A stretch of DNA of 64,000 bases from Amphiscolops sp. MND2022 (taxonomy: Eukaryota). The stretch covers positions 51,212,001 to 51,276,000 of the forward strand of contig OZ076421.1 in the NCBI GenBank assembly GCA_964187785.1. The letters run 5' to 3'. Shown here in pieces: positions 40,917-52,798 of the stretch. The position numbers were made by a program, and so were the translations under genes. Under the pieces are notes generated by a model. It had not been told where the DNA came from. It did not search any database and saw only the letters and a list, made by a program, of their open reading frames with translations. The first letter of the stretch is position 1, and each line of letters starts with the position of its first letter.

Positions 40917-41224
40917 GCGCGCCCATTGAGTGTATCTAGGTCCAGAAAAGCAGTATGGGACATTATTTTGAAAACTAAGAAAAAATAAATCTATATTTCA
41001 CGTTGGCTTGATTGAGTTCGGTGTCAACAATGACACCTAATTTTTCAAGTTTATTCTCTAAATAATAATCAATTGATACGTAGGTGACCTGGTGGAATGG
41101 GGCGCACCACTTGAGTGTATTTAGGAACAGAAAAGCAGCGTGGGATATTTTTGTGAAAAATAAGAATAAGAAATTTCTAAAAAATATATAAATAATGAAA
41201 TGTTTTTTATTATAAATGAAAAAA

Positions 41225-42810
41225 TGTTTTGATGAAGTTCTGAGACTTCCTATTGTATTTGGTTGAAGGGGGCGAAGAAAGAATTATAAAAAAACATTGA
41301 TGAAATTCTGAGACACTCATTTTTGATTGGCTGCGAGGAAACTTGCGGAAAGTTTAAAATATACCTTGATGAAATTCTGAGTCACTCGCTTTTCATTGGC
41401 TGCGAGGAAACGTGCAGAAAATTTAAAAAATACCTTGATGAACTTTTGAGACACTGGCTTTTAATTGGCGGCGAGGAAACGTGCGGAAAATTTGAAAAAT
41501 ACCTCGATGAAATTCTGAGACACTCGCTTTTCATTGGCTGCGAGGAAATGTGCAGAAAATATAAAAAAATACCTCGATGAACTTTTGAGACACTCGCATT
41601 TTATAGGCTGCGAGGAAACGTGCGGAAAAATTAAAAAATACCTTGATGAAATTTTGAGACACTCGCTTTTCATTGGCTGCGAGGAAATGTGCAGAAACTT
41701 TAAAAAAATACCTCGATGAAATTTTGAGACACTCGTTTTTTATTGGCTGCGAGGAAACGTGCGGAAAGTTTAAAAAAAACCTTGATGAAATTCTGAGACA
41801 CTCGCTTTTCATTGGCTGCGAGGAAACGTGCAGAAAGATTAAAAAATACCTTGATGAAACTTTCAGACACTCGCTTTTAATTGGCTGCGAGGAAACGTGC
41901 GGAAAATTTAAAAAATACCTTGATGAAATTCTGAGACACTCGCTTTTCATTGGCTGCGAGGAAATGTGCAGAAAATTTTAAAAAATACCTCGATGAAATT
42001 TTGAGACACTCGCTTTTTATTGGCCGCGAGGAAACGTGCGGAAAATTTAAAAAAATACCTTGATGAAATTCTGAGACACTCGCTTTTCATTGGCTGCGAG
42101 GAAACGTGCAGAAAAAATTTTAAAAACCATGATGAAATTTTGAGACACTCGCTTTTGATTGGCTGCAAGGAAACGTGCGGAAAAGTTGAAAAATACTTTG
42201 ATGAAATTCTGGGACACTCGATTTTGCTTGGCTGCGAGGAAACGTGCGGAAAATTAAAAAAAATTACCTTGATGAAATTCTGAGACACTCGCTTTTCATT
42301 GGCTGCGAAGAAACGTGTGGAACATTTTAAAATACCTTGATTAAATTTTGAGACACTCGCATTTGATTGGCTGCGAGGAAACGTGCGGAAAAGTTGAAAA
42401 AGCTTGAAGAAGTTCTGAGACACTCGCTTTTGCTTGGCTGCGAGGAACGTGCGGAACATTTTAAAAAATACCTTGATGAAATTCTGAGATACTCGCTTTT
42501 CATTGGCTGCGAGGAAACATTCGGAAAAATTAGAAAATGTTTTGATGTAATTCTGAGACAACCGATTATATTCGGATGAAGTGACTCGTGAAATATATAA
42601 CATTTTGATGCAATTCTGAGACACTCGCTCCTGATTGGCTGAGAGGAAATGTTCAAAGATTTTGAAATTATAATTTGATTAAATTCTGAGACACTCACTT
42701 GGAATTGGTTGAAAGGATGCGAGCGTCTATGCCAGAAAGATTTTTTGATGAAATTCTGAAAGCAATTGATTCCAATTGGTTGAAAAGGAAGCGTGCGAAA
42801 AGTTCAGAAA
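41225..42810. repeat. 69-bp satellite array 2 (~23 monomers, 2-mer higher-order repeat in its core)
   Basis: Same monomer as array 1; TTTTCATTGG..GTGCAG alternates with TTTT(A/T/G)ATTGG..GTGCGG over 41365-42190. Confidence 0.95.
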
Positions 42811-43336
42811 ATAGTTAGTTTACGAAAATTATTTAATTAGCTACCAAAATGTCTTGTAGATTTACAATTAGTTTAGAATTAAATTGATTAGTAATTGGAT
42901 TTTTCAAATTAGTATTTTTAATTAAATAAAGATAACACTCTTGACTTTGGTAAAAAAAACTCCATTCGAAACAACACTTAGTGTAATTTGGTTGATTGGC
43001 TCAAACTTGCATTTTCTCAGCCAATGAAAATTTAGAGCAGTTTCAAATGAATGTGTTTCATCACCATTAGTTTGTGATTATGTGATAATTGGCGATAATT
43101 GAAAGTGCGTCATGCTTTGTACATGTCACACGTTTACATCGAAAGAAAATGGTGAGAGAAAATGTTTTCAGCATTTGGTGAATTCGATTACGTGCAACGC
43201 GCTAAAATTTGTGTTTCTTTTGCTTTGGGAGTGGGCTTTAAGACAAAACAATACGCCAATACGAAATATATTGTCATCTGTTCAAGTGTTGGAAAAGTTT
43301 CACTGTATTTTTTGGATATCCCACTAAGAACGAAAG

Positions 43337-43490
43337 ACCCCACGAATGAAATTCCTCCGCTAATGTTATTCCCCCACAAAGGTAATTCCCACACGAATGA
43401 AAATCCCCCACGAATATATTCCCCTAACGAATGAAATTCCCCACGAATGTAAATCCACGAATGTAATTCTCCCAGGAAGGTAATCCCCCA
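43337..43490. repeat. ~16-bp minisatellite CCCCACGAATGAAATT (~9 degenerate copies)
   Basis: Seen directly. Confidence 0.8.
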
Positions 43491-44108
43491 TTTCCCCATT
43501 TTGACAGGTCAAGTAAACACTATATTTGAACAATAATAACAACAATCAGATTTCAGTTTAACTGTCACTGCAACTCAAATCAATTGCGTTACCGAATGAA
43601 TTAAAAGTTCGTGCCCACTGTGGGGACATTGACAGAACCAGTCAAAACCCTTACTCTGTAAAAGGCTCGGAATACGTTCAATGGATTTCGTTACAGGACG
43701 TTATTAATCCTCAATCTACTTTATTGATTCAACAAAAGAAACCATCTTCATTTTATTCAACAGAAACAATGAAAGGGTTTAACATGGCTTCAATAGGCTG
43801 TAGTTAGATCCACAAATATCGCGGCCATGATAAATATTATTGTGGCCCCATCATGTTTAAGTTGGCATCGATATCTGGAAAAATGTCTAACCTGGCCTCG
43901 GGCTGCATTTTTCTTTGACTGGATGGATTTTTCCCAAACCTCCTCTAGGAACGTTAATTGACCTTCTGACCTGTGCGCCATTATTTTTTGCGAGTTTCAA
44001 CTCTTCTCCAGCGCTGCTCAAGCAGCGGCCAAGTTAGAGGCCAAGTTGATACTTTAAATTCTAACTTGGCCGCGCGATTTGTACGGTACGGGGATTAACT
44101 TGGCCGCG

Positions 44109-44175
<67 letters not shown>
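44109..44175. repeat. (CTAT)n microsatellite, ~17 copies, abutting AACTTGGCCGCG
   Basis: Seen directly. Confidence 0.97.
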
Positions 44176-44310
44176 AATATATATATACACCGTTTCCACG
44201 TTAAATGAAGCACATCAGATGTTAAATGAACAACCAATAGAAATTGATTAGCTTGCTACAGCAAATCTCAAATAATGTGAACGAAATCGCAGCTTGAATG
44301 AAAGTGTAAG

Positions 44311-44510
44311 NNNNNNNNNNNNNNNNNNNNNNNNNNNNNNNNNNNNNNNNNNNNNNNNNNNNNNNNNNNNNNNNNNNNNNNNNNNNNNNNNNNNNNNNNN
44401 NNNNNNNNNNNNNNNNNNNNNNNNNNNNNNNNNNNNNNNNNNNNNNNNNNNNNNNNNNNNNNNNNNNNNNNNNNNNNNNNNNNNNNNNNNNNNNNNNNNN
44501 NNNNNNNNNN
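44311..44510. other. Assembly gap of 200 N
   Basis: Run of N. Confidence 1.
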
Positions 44511-45689
44511 CAAACTCAAAAATTGTTTACACATTCATAATAAGTCCTACTACAAGGCTTTTGACATCTACTAACTTGAAACACTATTTGCGAAACAACT
44601 ATTTTCGCACTCGCTATTTTGCCATTTAGGTAGTAAGTAGATTTTCTGGTTCCATCAGTTGTTTTACCACCACAGAGTGAAACAAAAATCAAATTTGAGA
44701 AGAAAAGATCGTCAAGAAACGTGCCGTTGCTTATGTATGAAAACATAAATCTTGGTATACAATCTTTCATCTGTTTCGGGGACTTCGCGTAAAAATCTAA
44801 TAAAATTGATCATCGATAGCTGAAATTTTTCTGCTTCGCTAAATATCTAATTAGTGGTGTCAGAACCCTGTTTATTTCATCAGTCTTGTTTCATTCACTC
44901 ATCATTGAATTGTCAAAATCATGAAAACATCTGAGTTGAGTGATAATAACATCTTTTTCTGAGCTAATTCAGCATTTTTGAGATTTTGGATTCCATGCAT
45001 GGACCATGCGATTCCATCAAAAAACATGGACCATGTATACATTTTTCACATTAAAAATGCAATGAAAGGTTAAGATCCGTGATGGTACGGTTAAAAACAC
45101 AATTAGACTTCAATCACAGTCAACTGACTTCTCAAAGTATCAAACAATATTATCGACAGTACACCGAGAAGTTGGAAACCGGCCTTTTAAATGCCTGTCG
45201 TACTCATAGTTGAAGCTTCATTGAAAAAAACTTCTATTTTCGTTTTCAAAGGTGACCTACTGTGTTACTAGAATGGGAGAGCAAACAATTATTCAGTTAT
45301 TGAAAAAGGCAAACTTTTTGAAATGCAACATTTTTTGCAAATTTTCATTTTTTTTCAGTTACTTTTCTGCCAGTGGCTCGGAGGAAAAACTATGTTGAAA
45401 CAATCAAAGACTCGCTCTAGTTAGTCCAAGATATTGTTAAGGAAAACCAATTTTTGTTTTCCTACATGTTTTCTAGGTTTCGTATATTTTTAGTCAGAGC
45501 TTTTATTATTAAAAGAGCCCGACTATTACAGTCCTTCGTTTTTTTAAGACAGACTCGAAGCGACGAACGTTAAAATTAACGTTGAACTACTAATTGCAAT
45601 ACTACTAAAATACTGGCAGCGCATTTAAGATAGTGCAAAGGGTCGCCCCTTTCAGTTAGTCCATTGTTATCGTAACCTACAAAACCGGC

Positions 45690-45975
45690 CGAGACTAAAG
45701 GGTCCCCCTTTTGATTTTTTTCGGCACTGTGCGACTTTTTTTTCGAAAATGTTTTAATGTCCCAAAGGGTCCCCCCTTTGAGTTTTTTTGTTATTTTGCA
45801 ACAGAATGCATGTTTATAAATCAAAAAGGGTCCCCTTTCTACATTTTTTGGCACTGTGTGACATTTTACGAAAGAGAAAAATTTTCGAAAACTTCAAGTT
45901 TTTTTCCAAAAAAAAAATGTTTTGCGCTTTTTGAGCCTTAGATATAGCGCCGACTTTAGACGTTCTCGTCTTGTT
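45690..45975 (+). mobile_element. Second copy of the repeat family at 9921-10313
   Basis: AAAGGGTCCCC / TTGGCACTGTGCGACTTTTT subrepeats and 3' end GAGCCTTAGATATAGCGCCGACTTTAGACGTTCTCGTCTTGTT. Confidence 0.75.
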
Positions 45976-48136
45976 ATTGATAAACATGTTGTTTGTCAAC
46001 ACGGGTACTCATTGCTAGTTACTTAACGGGTACTCTTGTTCGTTATTTGCAAAACTAACTAATTGGTAGTATGATTAAGTCATCTTTACTTATGTATAGA
46101 GTATACCATAGTCTCTCTTCTGCGATAAGCACTAGACAGTTATATTATACGTTTTTACCGTCTAAAAAGTTATTCCGTCCAGGTTGAAGTAACTCTTAGG
46201 TATTTTTGTCGATTTAATATGTTGGCTAAAATATTGACTCACCAAATTCCTATAAACAACTGGTTGAGAAGACGCCGACACATTTTGTTTCGATTTTCCT
46301 ATATAGCAAACACCCGTTTAACATTTTTCAAAAACAATTTTTGGCTGCTTTTCTCCACTCGTTAAAACACATAAAGTTATGTTTTTACAGTTATGTTCTA
46401 CGAATGATATCTTAAAAACAATGTTTTACAAACATTGGCTACCAACAAATAATCTTTTTTTTTCAGGTACGTTTCAAATTTTATCGAACATCCGAATCTA
46501 CGTCCGCATATTATGGGTTTCCGATAATGTTGGTAAGTAACATATTTGCATTCAATTTCTGGTGGAAAAAAATCAAGCAAATTCTGTAACATTATGATTT
46601 TTGATCGAAACGAGAAGAATCACACCAATAAGTTAGAACTCATTTACGTCGTAATTTTATTGTTACCGTTAGCTTTTACTGTTTATAAAGTCAATTTACT
46701 CAATAATTGATGTGAACAAAGTGGAAAATAGTGAAAGGTATCACCAACTTACCAATTTTGATTGTTTTCCACTTGAATTCCAGTCAAAAGTTGTACAAGG
46801 TTAATGTGTAAAATAATCAATTTCCGTCTACGTGTGTGAAGTGGAAACCAGTCAAAGTACCTACCCAGGTTTTCGATCTTTGCAAATCTGTACAGATCTG
46901 CAGGATTTTTTCTGCAGGGTCCTGCAAAGATCGTTGCACTGAATCTTGAAGATCCATACAGATCTGCAAGATCTTTATAGAAGTAGGCAGATTTTCTTTA
47001 AAAATTTTTGCAGAAATATGTTTTTCTGCAGCTTCCAAGGAACGAATATACTGCATTTTTGGACTTCTTTAACTACTTCATCAACTATTTTAGCTGACCA
47101 AGGCTCAGTCAGCTGATACTCTCGATCACTCAAAATTCTCGAGGAGGAAAATTTGTCCCCATCACAGTAGTTTTGTGACTGGAGAATGCGCCGTATTGGT
47201 TATACACCGTGATTTATCCATTTCACTTGAACTTTCCAGAAATGGTTGTTGAACTTTGAGAAGCTTGTTTGCCTTATTGACTTCGTTTTGACGGATGAAA
47301 ATTGACATGTGGCAACCTTCTGGGTTGGTAGATGAATTGATAAAGTGTTGTTGCTGAAAATATATTTGGAACATGATTTGTTGGAGTAACTTTAATGATT
47401 TTTGGTAACTCGGAATACGTTATAGTAATTTACTGGTCATTGTTTGGATCTGTAAAGATCTGCAAAACTCTACAGATCTGTACAGATTGCTGCAAAAAAA
47501 ATTTTTCATCATTTTGACATAAAAGAGATTTCTCTCGGGTTTCAAACTTTTTTATTATACGTTTGACATTGCTGTGGGGTTTCTATTGTGTTTCTAAGCA
47601 AACCATGTAACGCGTGTTTAAAATGATAACGTGTTTTTATTAATTGGTAAACGAACTAGCAAGAGCTTGTTAGCTCGTTGCGGCATATGTATCGTAATGA
47701 TGGGGTTTAAATTTCTATAACTCCGGTAAAACAATTTTAACATGTGTGCATGACGTTGCTCTTAATTATGTAACACTAAAACATCTGGCACACCTTGATT
47801 CAGTCGAGATAACCCTAATCGAATCTGCCGGAAAATTGCAATTCTGCATTCAGGCTATTTTTTTCAACGAACATGGAAAATTCTAATTGTTTTTACCTAA
47901 TTCATCCGGAATGAAAAGCATCTAGAACAGAACATCGAATTTACTTTCGAATTATGATACGCAATTCTTAAGCGCACCTCGAGTGATGTTTTTGGTTTTC
48001 TCGTAAAAAACATAGATTGAAACCTATGAGTATTGTAGTTCTGCGACATTTCTACCTGCTCGAGATTTTGAAACTGAAATCATAAACATGCCACAAAATG
48101 AAGCGAATAAGCGCTAGCAAAACAAATTGCTAACAG

Positions 48137-48431
48137 TGAATTCGGATTATGTTACCTATTCGCATAACCCAGGTACACCTTGTTTCTCATAAACTCACCC
48201 CCCCCCCCAACAAGTTTTATGCTTGAAGACATCTAGGGCGAATGAAAGAATTTGTTATGGCTATAAATACTTGAAGGATTGTCTGTAGAATTGTTTCGAC
48301 TCTGGCGGCTAAAAATTATCGTGACATTTCGACATTTCTCTTTAAAAAAGCAAAATTTCACCCCTGGAACAAGTTGAAATTGTATAGAAAAGCCCTCATT
48401 TTCACGCAAGCTTTCTTCGGATGAAATTAAA
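48137..48431 (+). CDS. Probable upstream coding exons 1-2 of the host gene (48137-48172, 48388-48431)
   Basis: AG/GT-bounded, phases 1-1 and 1-0, splice in frame into exon 3 giving NSDYVTYSHNPEKPSFSRKLSSDEIK; first acceptor and donor are weak; no start codon found. Confidence 0.5.
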
Positions 48432-48714
48432 GTGAGCGATTTTTAAAAACTGTGAATCAATGAGGAATCAAGATAGGATTATGTCGACATCAATTATTTT
48501 ATTGGAGCGAAATATCAGAGCAGACGATATCGACATTATAGTAATTGAACCATGTTTTTTATCCCTCGGCTGCTCGAGGGAAAAAAGAAACGTGGTCCGT
48601 AGATTCTCTTTCATTGATTGACTGCAAACGAAGTGCACTCAAAAACACACACTTTCTGGAGTACTTCTTCGAAAAAATAAAGAAAAACGATTCTCAACAT
48701 GTGCCCTTTTTCAG

Positions 48715-50299
48715 ACCGAAGACGAAACGCAGAACTTCATAACTGCCGCAGCGGCTGCCGAATTCAAGCAAGGATTCGGTAAGACGTCCAATCGTTACCA
48801 AGTTTTGCTTTAAACCTAATTTGTTCCCTTACATGTTACAAAGTTTTACAAAGTTGTGTTCCATTCGTTTTTCAGAAGCTGCGGACGGCGTAATCACAAC
48901 TGCAACCGAAATCATCGGAATTTTAGATAACTTCAACAAATTTGATGAGATTGGCAATGATACTGAGGCATACTACATGTATTCATATGGCGACACTGAA
49001 ACCGTTTTCAAGAACGTAGTCTTCTACTTGTCAGCTGCTCGAGTGAGTGATTACTTTGACCAGATGAATTGGGTGACTTTCGTCTAATGAAAAAAATATG
49101 CATTCATTTTTTCTTAACGCCAAAATTTTTGTTTTCCTACTCAATTAATGGAGAGCTGAAACTAAAATGTGTTCGACAATTCTAACGTTTAAAATGATTA
49201 CATTTTAGAGCAGTCCCGCTGAAAAGGTGGCCTTTCACCGAACAATTTCTGAATTTGCTGGAATAGTGCTGTAGGCCGAGCTATCGAAATTGAAAACGGA
49301 AGAAAAATTCTAACACTGGGTTATTGAAGAAAATTAGCTTCACTCGGGTTTCTAGGGATAAAGTGGGAATCAGAAAAAAAAGATTACATGTTCGCATCAA
49401 GGCCTGTGCAATATTTAGTAAAAAACATGCAAAGTTTCCGCGGGGATGGCCATCCTGGGTAATGTTTTGCGACTTCAAACTACTGCCATATCCACGTTGA
49501 ATTTTTGAGACAGCTGGTGGATAAAATTCAGCAAGGAAACAAGTCAATTGTTGCGGCAATTTCAATTTCAACTGGTGGCAGTTTGAAGTCGCAAAAAATT
49601 ACCCAGGATGACAATCACCGGCGGAAACTTTGCAAGTTTTATACAAAATTTTGTACAAACCTTGATGCGAACCTGTTATCTTTTTGTTGACAGTCCAGCA
49701 TTTACTTATGCGCTATCACCCTTTATACGTTGCTTACTATGACGTAGCTATCTTTTCTCTGCAGCATACAGAATACATCCCGGATTTGGGAAGCGGTACC
49801 GAAGATTTTCAATGATGTTACGGAGGTTATAGTTTAAAACGCCGTATTCAATAACCACAGATGATTCAAAAATGCTTCTACTGGTAATCACTGCTGCTTA
49901 ACGGTGAACTGCCAGCATATCCAGATTTAAATATTTGTTTTACATGCGAACAAAAACTTATCAAATATTTTTAAAACTTTCTTTTTGGCAAGCAGCATGT
50001 TGCTTTTCTAACGTTAAAACCTTCGAAACTTTCTTGGACTTTCGCTTCTACATTTATGCATGTTCCGGAAAAATTTTGATGATGTGTCTCCTCCGGAAAA
50101 TTCTTCATCCTTCATTAGGCGATCTTTCGTGAGCTCTGTGATAATAAGCAGTTTAGCGCTTACATGTCGATGTGGGTAGAATTTGAGAAGGATTGACTGA
50201 ATATTATAGTACGCGGAGATGGTTGACGATACAGATGGTCGATCAAATGCAATGGGTGGACCGGAAGTAGCTGATGAAGAGTGTCCTAAGGTTTACAAG
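48715..50299 (+). CDS. Core exons 3-7 of an unidentified host gene (48715-48778, 48876-49042, 49209-49270, 49765-49825, 50210-50299)
   Basis: Acceptors TTTTTCAG, TTTTTCAG, ATTTTAG, CTCTGCAG, ATTATAG; donors GTAAGA, GTGAGT, GTAGGC, GTTATA, GTAAGT; phases 0-1-0-2-0-0 give one uninterrupted frame. Confidence 0.8.
49377..49685. mobile_element. Foldback MITE (~310 bp, ~130-bp imperfect arms) in intron 5
   Basis: GATTACATGTTCGCATCAAGG..TGCAAAGTTTCCGC..CATCCTGGGTAAT..GCGACTTCAAACT mirrored at 49560-49685. Confidence 0.85.
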
Positions 50300-50341
50300 G
50301 TAAGTCTGTTTATGCCAGCAATTTAAATTGATACTGGAGAC

Positions 50342-50656
50342 AACAAGACGGGGACGACCTAAGTCGGCGCCCAGCTCAAGGCTCAAAAGACTAGAGTTTT
50401 TTTAAATATACAAGGGACACTTTTGTCATAAGTTTATGAAATTTACAATGTCAAAAAATAGCAGAAGTGATACGCATAAGACTCGAACCCGCTTTCCCCT
50501 ACCTTGAAACATCAAAAAACGGATATTTTTTCTAACACATGAAATTTTCGAAATGTTTTTGCTCGACCAAAAATCCCATAGTGCTAAAAAAGAAACTTTA
50601 CGCTCGCAAAACGAAACGCTTTTTTTCAGGCTGAAAACATATATCAAAGTGAAGGG
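50342..50656 (-). mobile_element. Third (minus-strand) copy of the SINE-like family, interrupted by the BEL element
   Basis: Reverse complement contains GGGTTCGAGTC (B box, ~50480-50490) and the 3' end TTTTGAGCCTTGAGCTGGGCGCCGACTTAGGTCGTCCCCGTCTTGTT. Confidence 0.6.
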
Positions 50657-51120
50657 TGTAACAGCTGCCTGATCCATTCACTTGACCAAACTTTACGCCG
50701 CCCTGAATTCGGTGCTCGGCACTGCGGATCTGTACCGAACTTTGATTGCTTCTTAGAAAAAAGGACTGATTCTTGACTTAGTAGGTTCCATTGATCCCGA
50801 AATCCACTTCTTCTTTGTTCCTTAACGCGACCAACTCTCCACAAGAGAGAGCAACTAACTTAGTCGCCCTGAGTCTTTGGCGAAAAGTCGAAAAGAGGTA
50901 AAGAAATCAATTGAGAATTGAAGAGGTCCTGGGACCCAACTCGAATACAACTTCCCAATTGCTTTGTGTCTAACTAGGTATGGTATAAAGCTCGTTCAAA
51001 ACTATTCGACAAAGATAAGCAAAAATATGAAGTATAAATAAATGACAATTAAGTGACCTTTTAAGATATTGGCTATGTAAACAAAGTATGCGGCGGATAT
51101 GGCATGTTGGTAAGGTGACA
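50657..51120 (-). repeat. BEL 3' LTR (464 bp)
   Basis: TGTAAC...GTGACA on +; homologous to 55827-56304. Confidence 0.9.
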
Positions 51121-52798
51121 CTCTTCCCAATAAGAAGTGATTTGGTGCCAAAGCTTCCAAGTCATCAGGGTCGTCACTAGCACTAGTCAGGTGTCCTTGC
51201 ATTCAACGTCTGTTCTACTAAGCCACATAGTTGTTATCACGACGTCGTTTGTCGAGGATCGTCCATCCAATACAGCTATCATTGCTTTTTTGCAGCTTCG
51301 AACCAGACGTTCCCATATTCCTCCAAAATGTGGAGCCCTAGAGGGTTGAATTTTCACTTGATGTCCTTTCGAGCTAAAGGTTTCTCAATATCTGCCTGAT
51401 TCCATGCTCACTTCTATAGGTACACTCACGAAGTTTGTTCCATTGTCGCTCAAAATGGTAGTAGGTTTGGCTGTCCGGGCAATACACTTTGTTACAGCAG
51501 TTAAGCAGGTCTCTGCTTCCAAAGATGGAACAACTTCAATGTGTACTGCTCTAGTCGTCAAGCATGTGAGGAGACAACACCATCTCTTCATAGTTTTACG
51601 CGAAAATTTAACTTGAAAGGGACCAAAATGTTCAACTTCAGTGTTGGTAAAGGGGAACACTCGTTCCTGCTATCTCTCTTGCGGTAAATCAGCCATAAAA
51701 GCTTGAGACATTCCAGCTTGTTGCTTTCCACATTTCACACATTTCGCATTGATGTTCCTCAGAGCGTTTATCAATCCAATAATCCAAAATTCCTGCTTGT
51801 GAACACTTCTGGCGTATTCTGTGCCTTCATGGAAAATCGCTTAGTGAGGGTCTTCAATCAACTTGATGACAACATAGTGCTTTGCTGACAACAACATCGG
51901 GTGTCTGACCTCATAACTTGACTTTGAATGCTGCAGTCTGCCTTGTATTCGCAGCAACCCCTTTTTTGTCCAGAAACGGCAGTAATTTATTCAATTGATC
52001 TGACGCCGACAACGGTTCCCTTTAGAGATCTTCTCGTAAGCATCATGAAAATTTTCCTTCGGACAATGTTTCAAAATTGCCAGCTCTGCTGCATTGAGTT
52101 CGTCAACTGTCAGATTTCCTCCAGAAATATTTTCCTTCCACCTTAGGCAGTATGACAGCACTCGAATCATTTTCTTGAAGGAACTAAATCTTTCCCACTG
52201 GAATGGGGGTTCCATTACAACAGCTTCCATGAATGGTTCAGGCTCCTCCTGAACGCTGAATTGCAATTTTTCAGGAACCTTAGGCCAGGCGACTTCCGTC
52301 ATACTCAGCCAGACCGGTTCTCTTAGCCACCCGCTCTCTTTTAGGGCTTCAACTGTCATTCCACGAGAGCCAATGTCAACGAGGTTCAGTTTTCCTTCAA
52401 CATGCCGCCACTGATCGATAGTTGAAATTTCGAGGATTTCAGCAACGCGGTTTGCCACAAAGACCGGTTGTTTTCTGTTGCTTGCGTGAAGCCATTGTAG
52501 GACCGTTGTTGAGTCTGTCCAATGTACGAATCGATCTACTTCAATTTCATGTCCTTCTAAAATGAGGTCTCGCAGTCTTACCCCAAAGACTGCAGCCTGC
52601 ATCTCCAACGTAACCACTGTCATATTTCGTATTGGAGCTACTCTACATTTTCCGATCACAAAGGTCACTTTGGCATTGTCTTGTTTTCTCAAATAGGCAA
52701 TCATACCCATTGCTTCCAACAAACCATCTGAGAAGATTTGTAGATCCACTTTCTTCAATCCTGACTCGAAGTATGTTCTTTTAAGGACCATTTGATTC

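Noticed and set aside
37874-42698. Many ORFs with repeated LDEILRHSLFIGCEETCGKFKKY-like peptides
   Set aside because: By-products of a 69-bp (23-codon) satellite; frames break at variable A-runs and occur on both strands.
37930-42810. CRISPR-like regular repeats
   Set aside because: No unique spacers, monomers are contiguous, no cas genes, eukaryotic context.
44268-44629. ORFs spanning the N run
   Set aside because: Artefacts of translating N.
48750-48920. EF-hand/calmodulin similarity (AEFKQGFEAADGVITTATEI)
   Set aside because: The 12-residue Ca-binding loop is incomplete and there is no second EF-hand; likely coincidence.
49765-49815. Exon 6 read as a terminal exon HTEYIPDLGSGTEDFQ-stop
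   Set aside because: Including exon 5 (ends phase 2) puts it in the open frame IQNTSRIWEAVPKIFNDVTE that splices to exon 7; more parsimonious.
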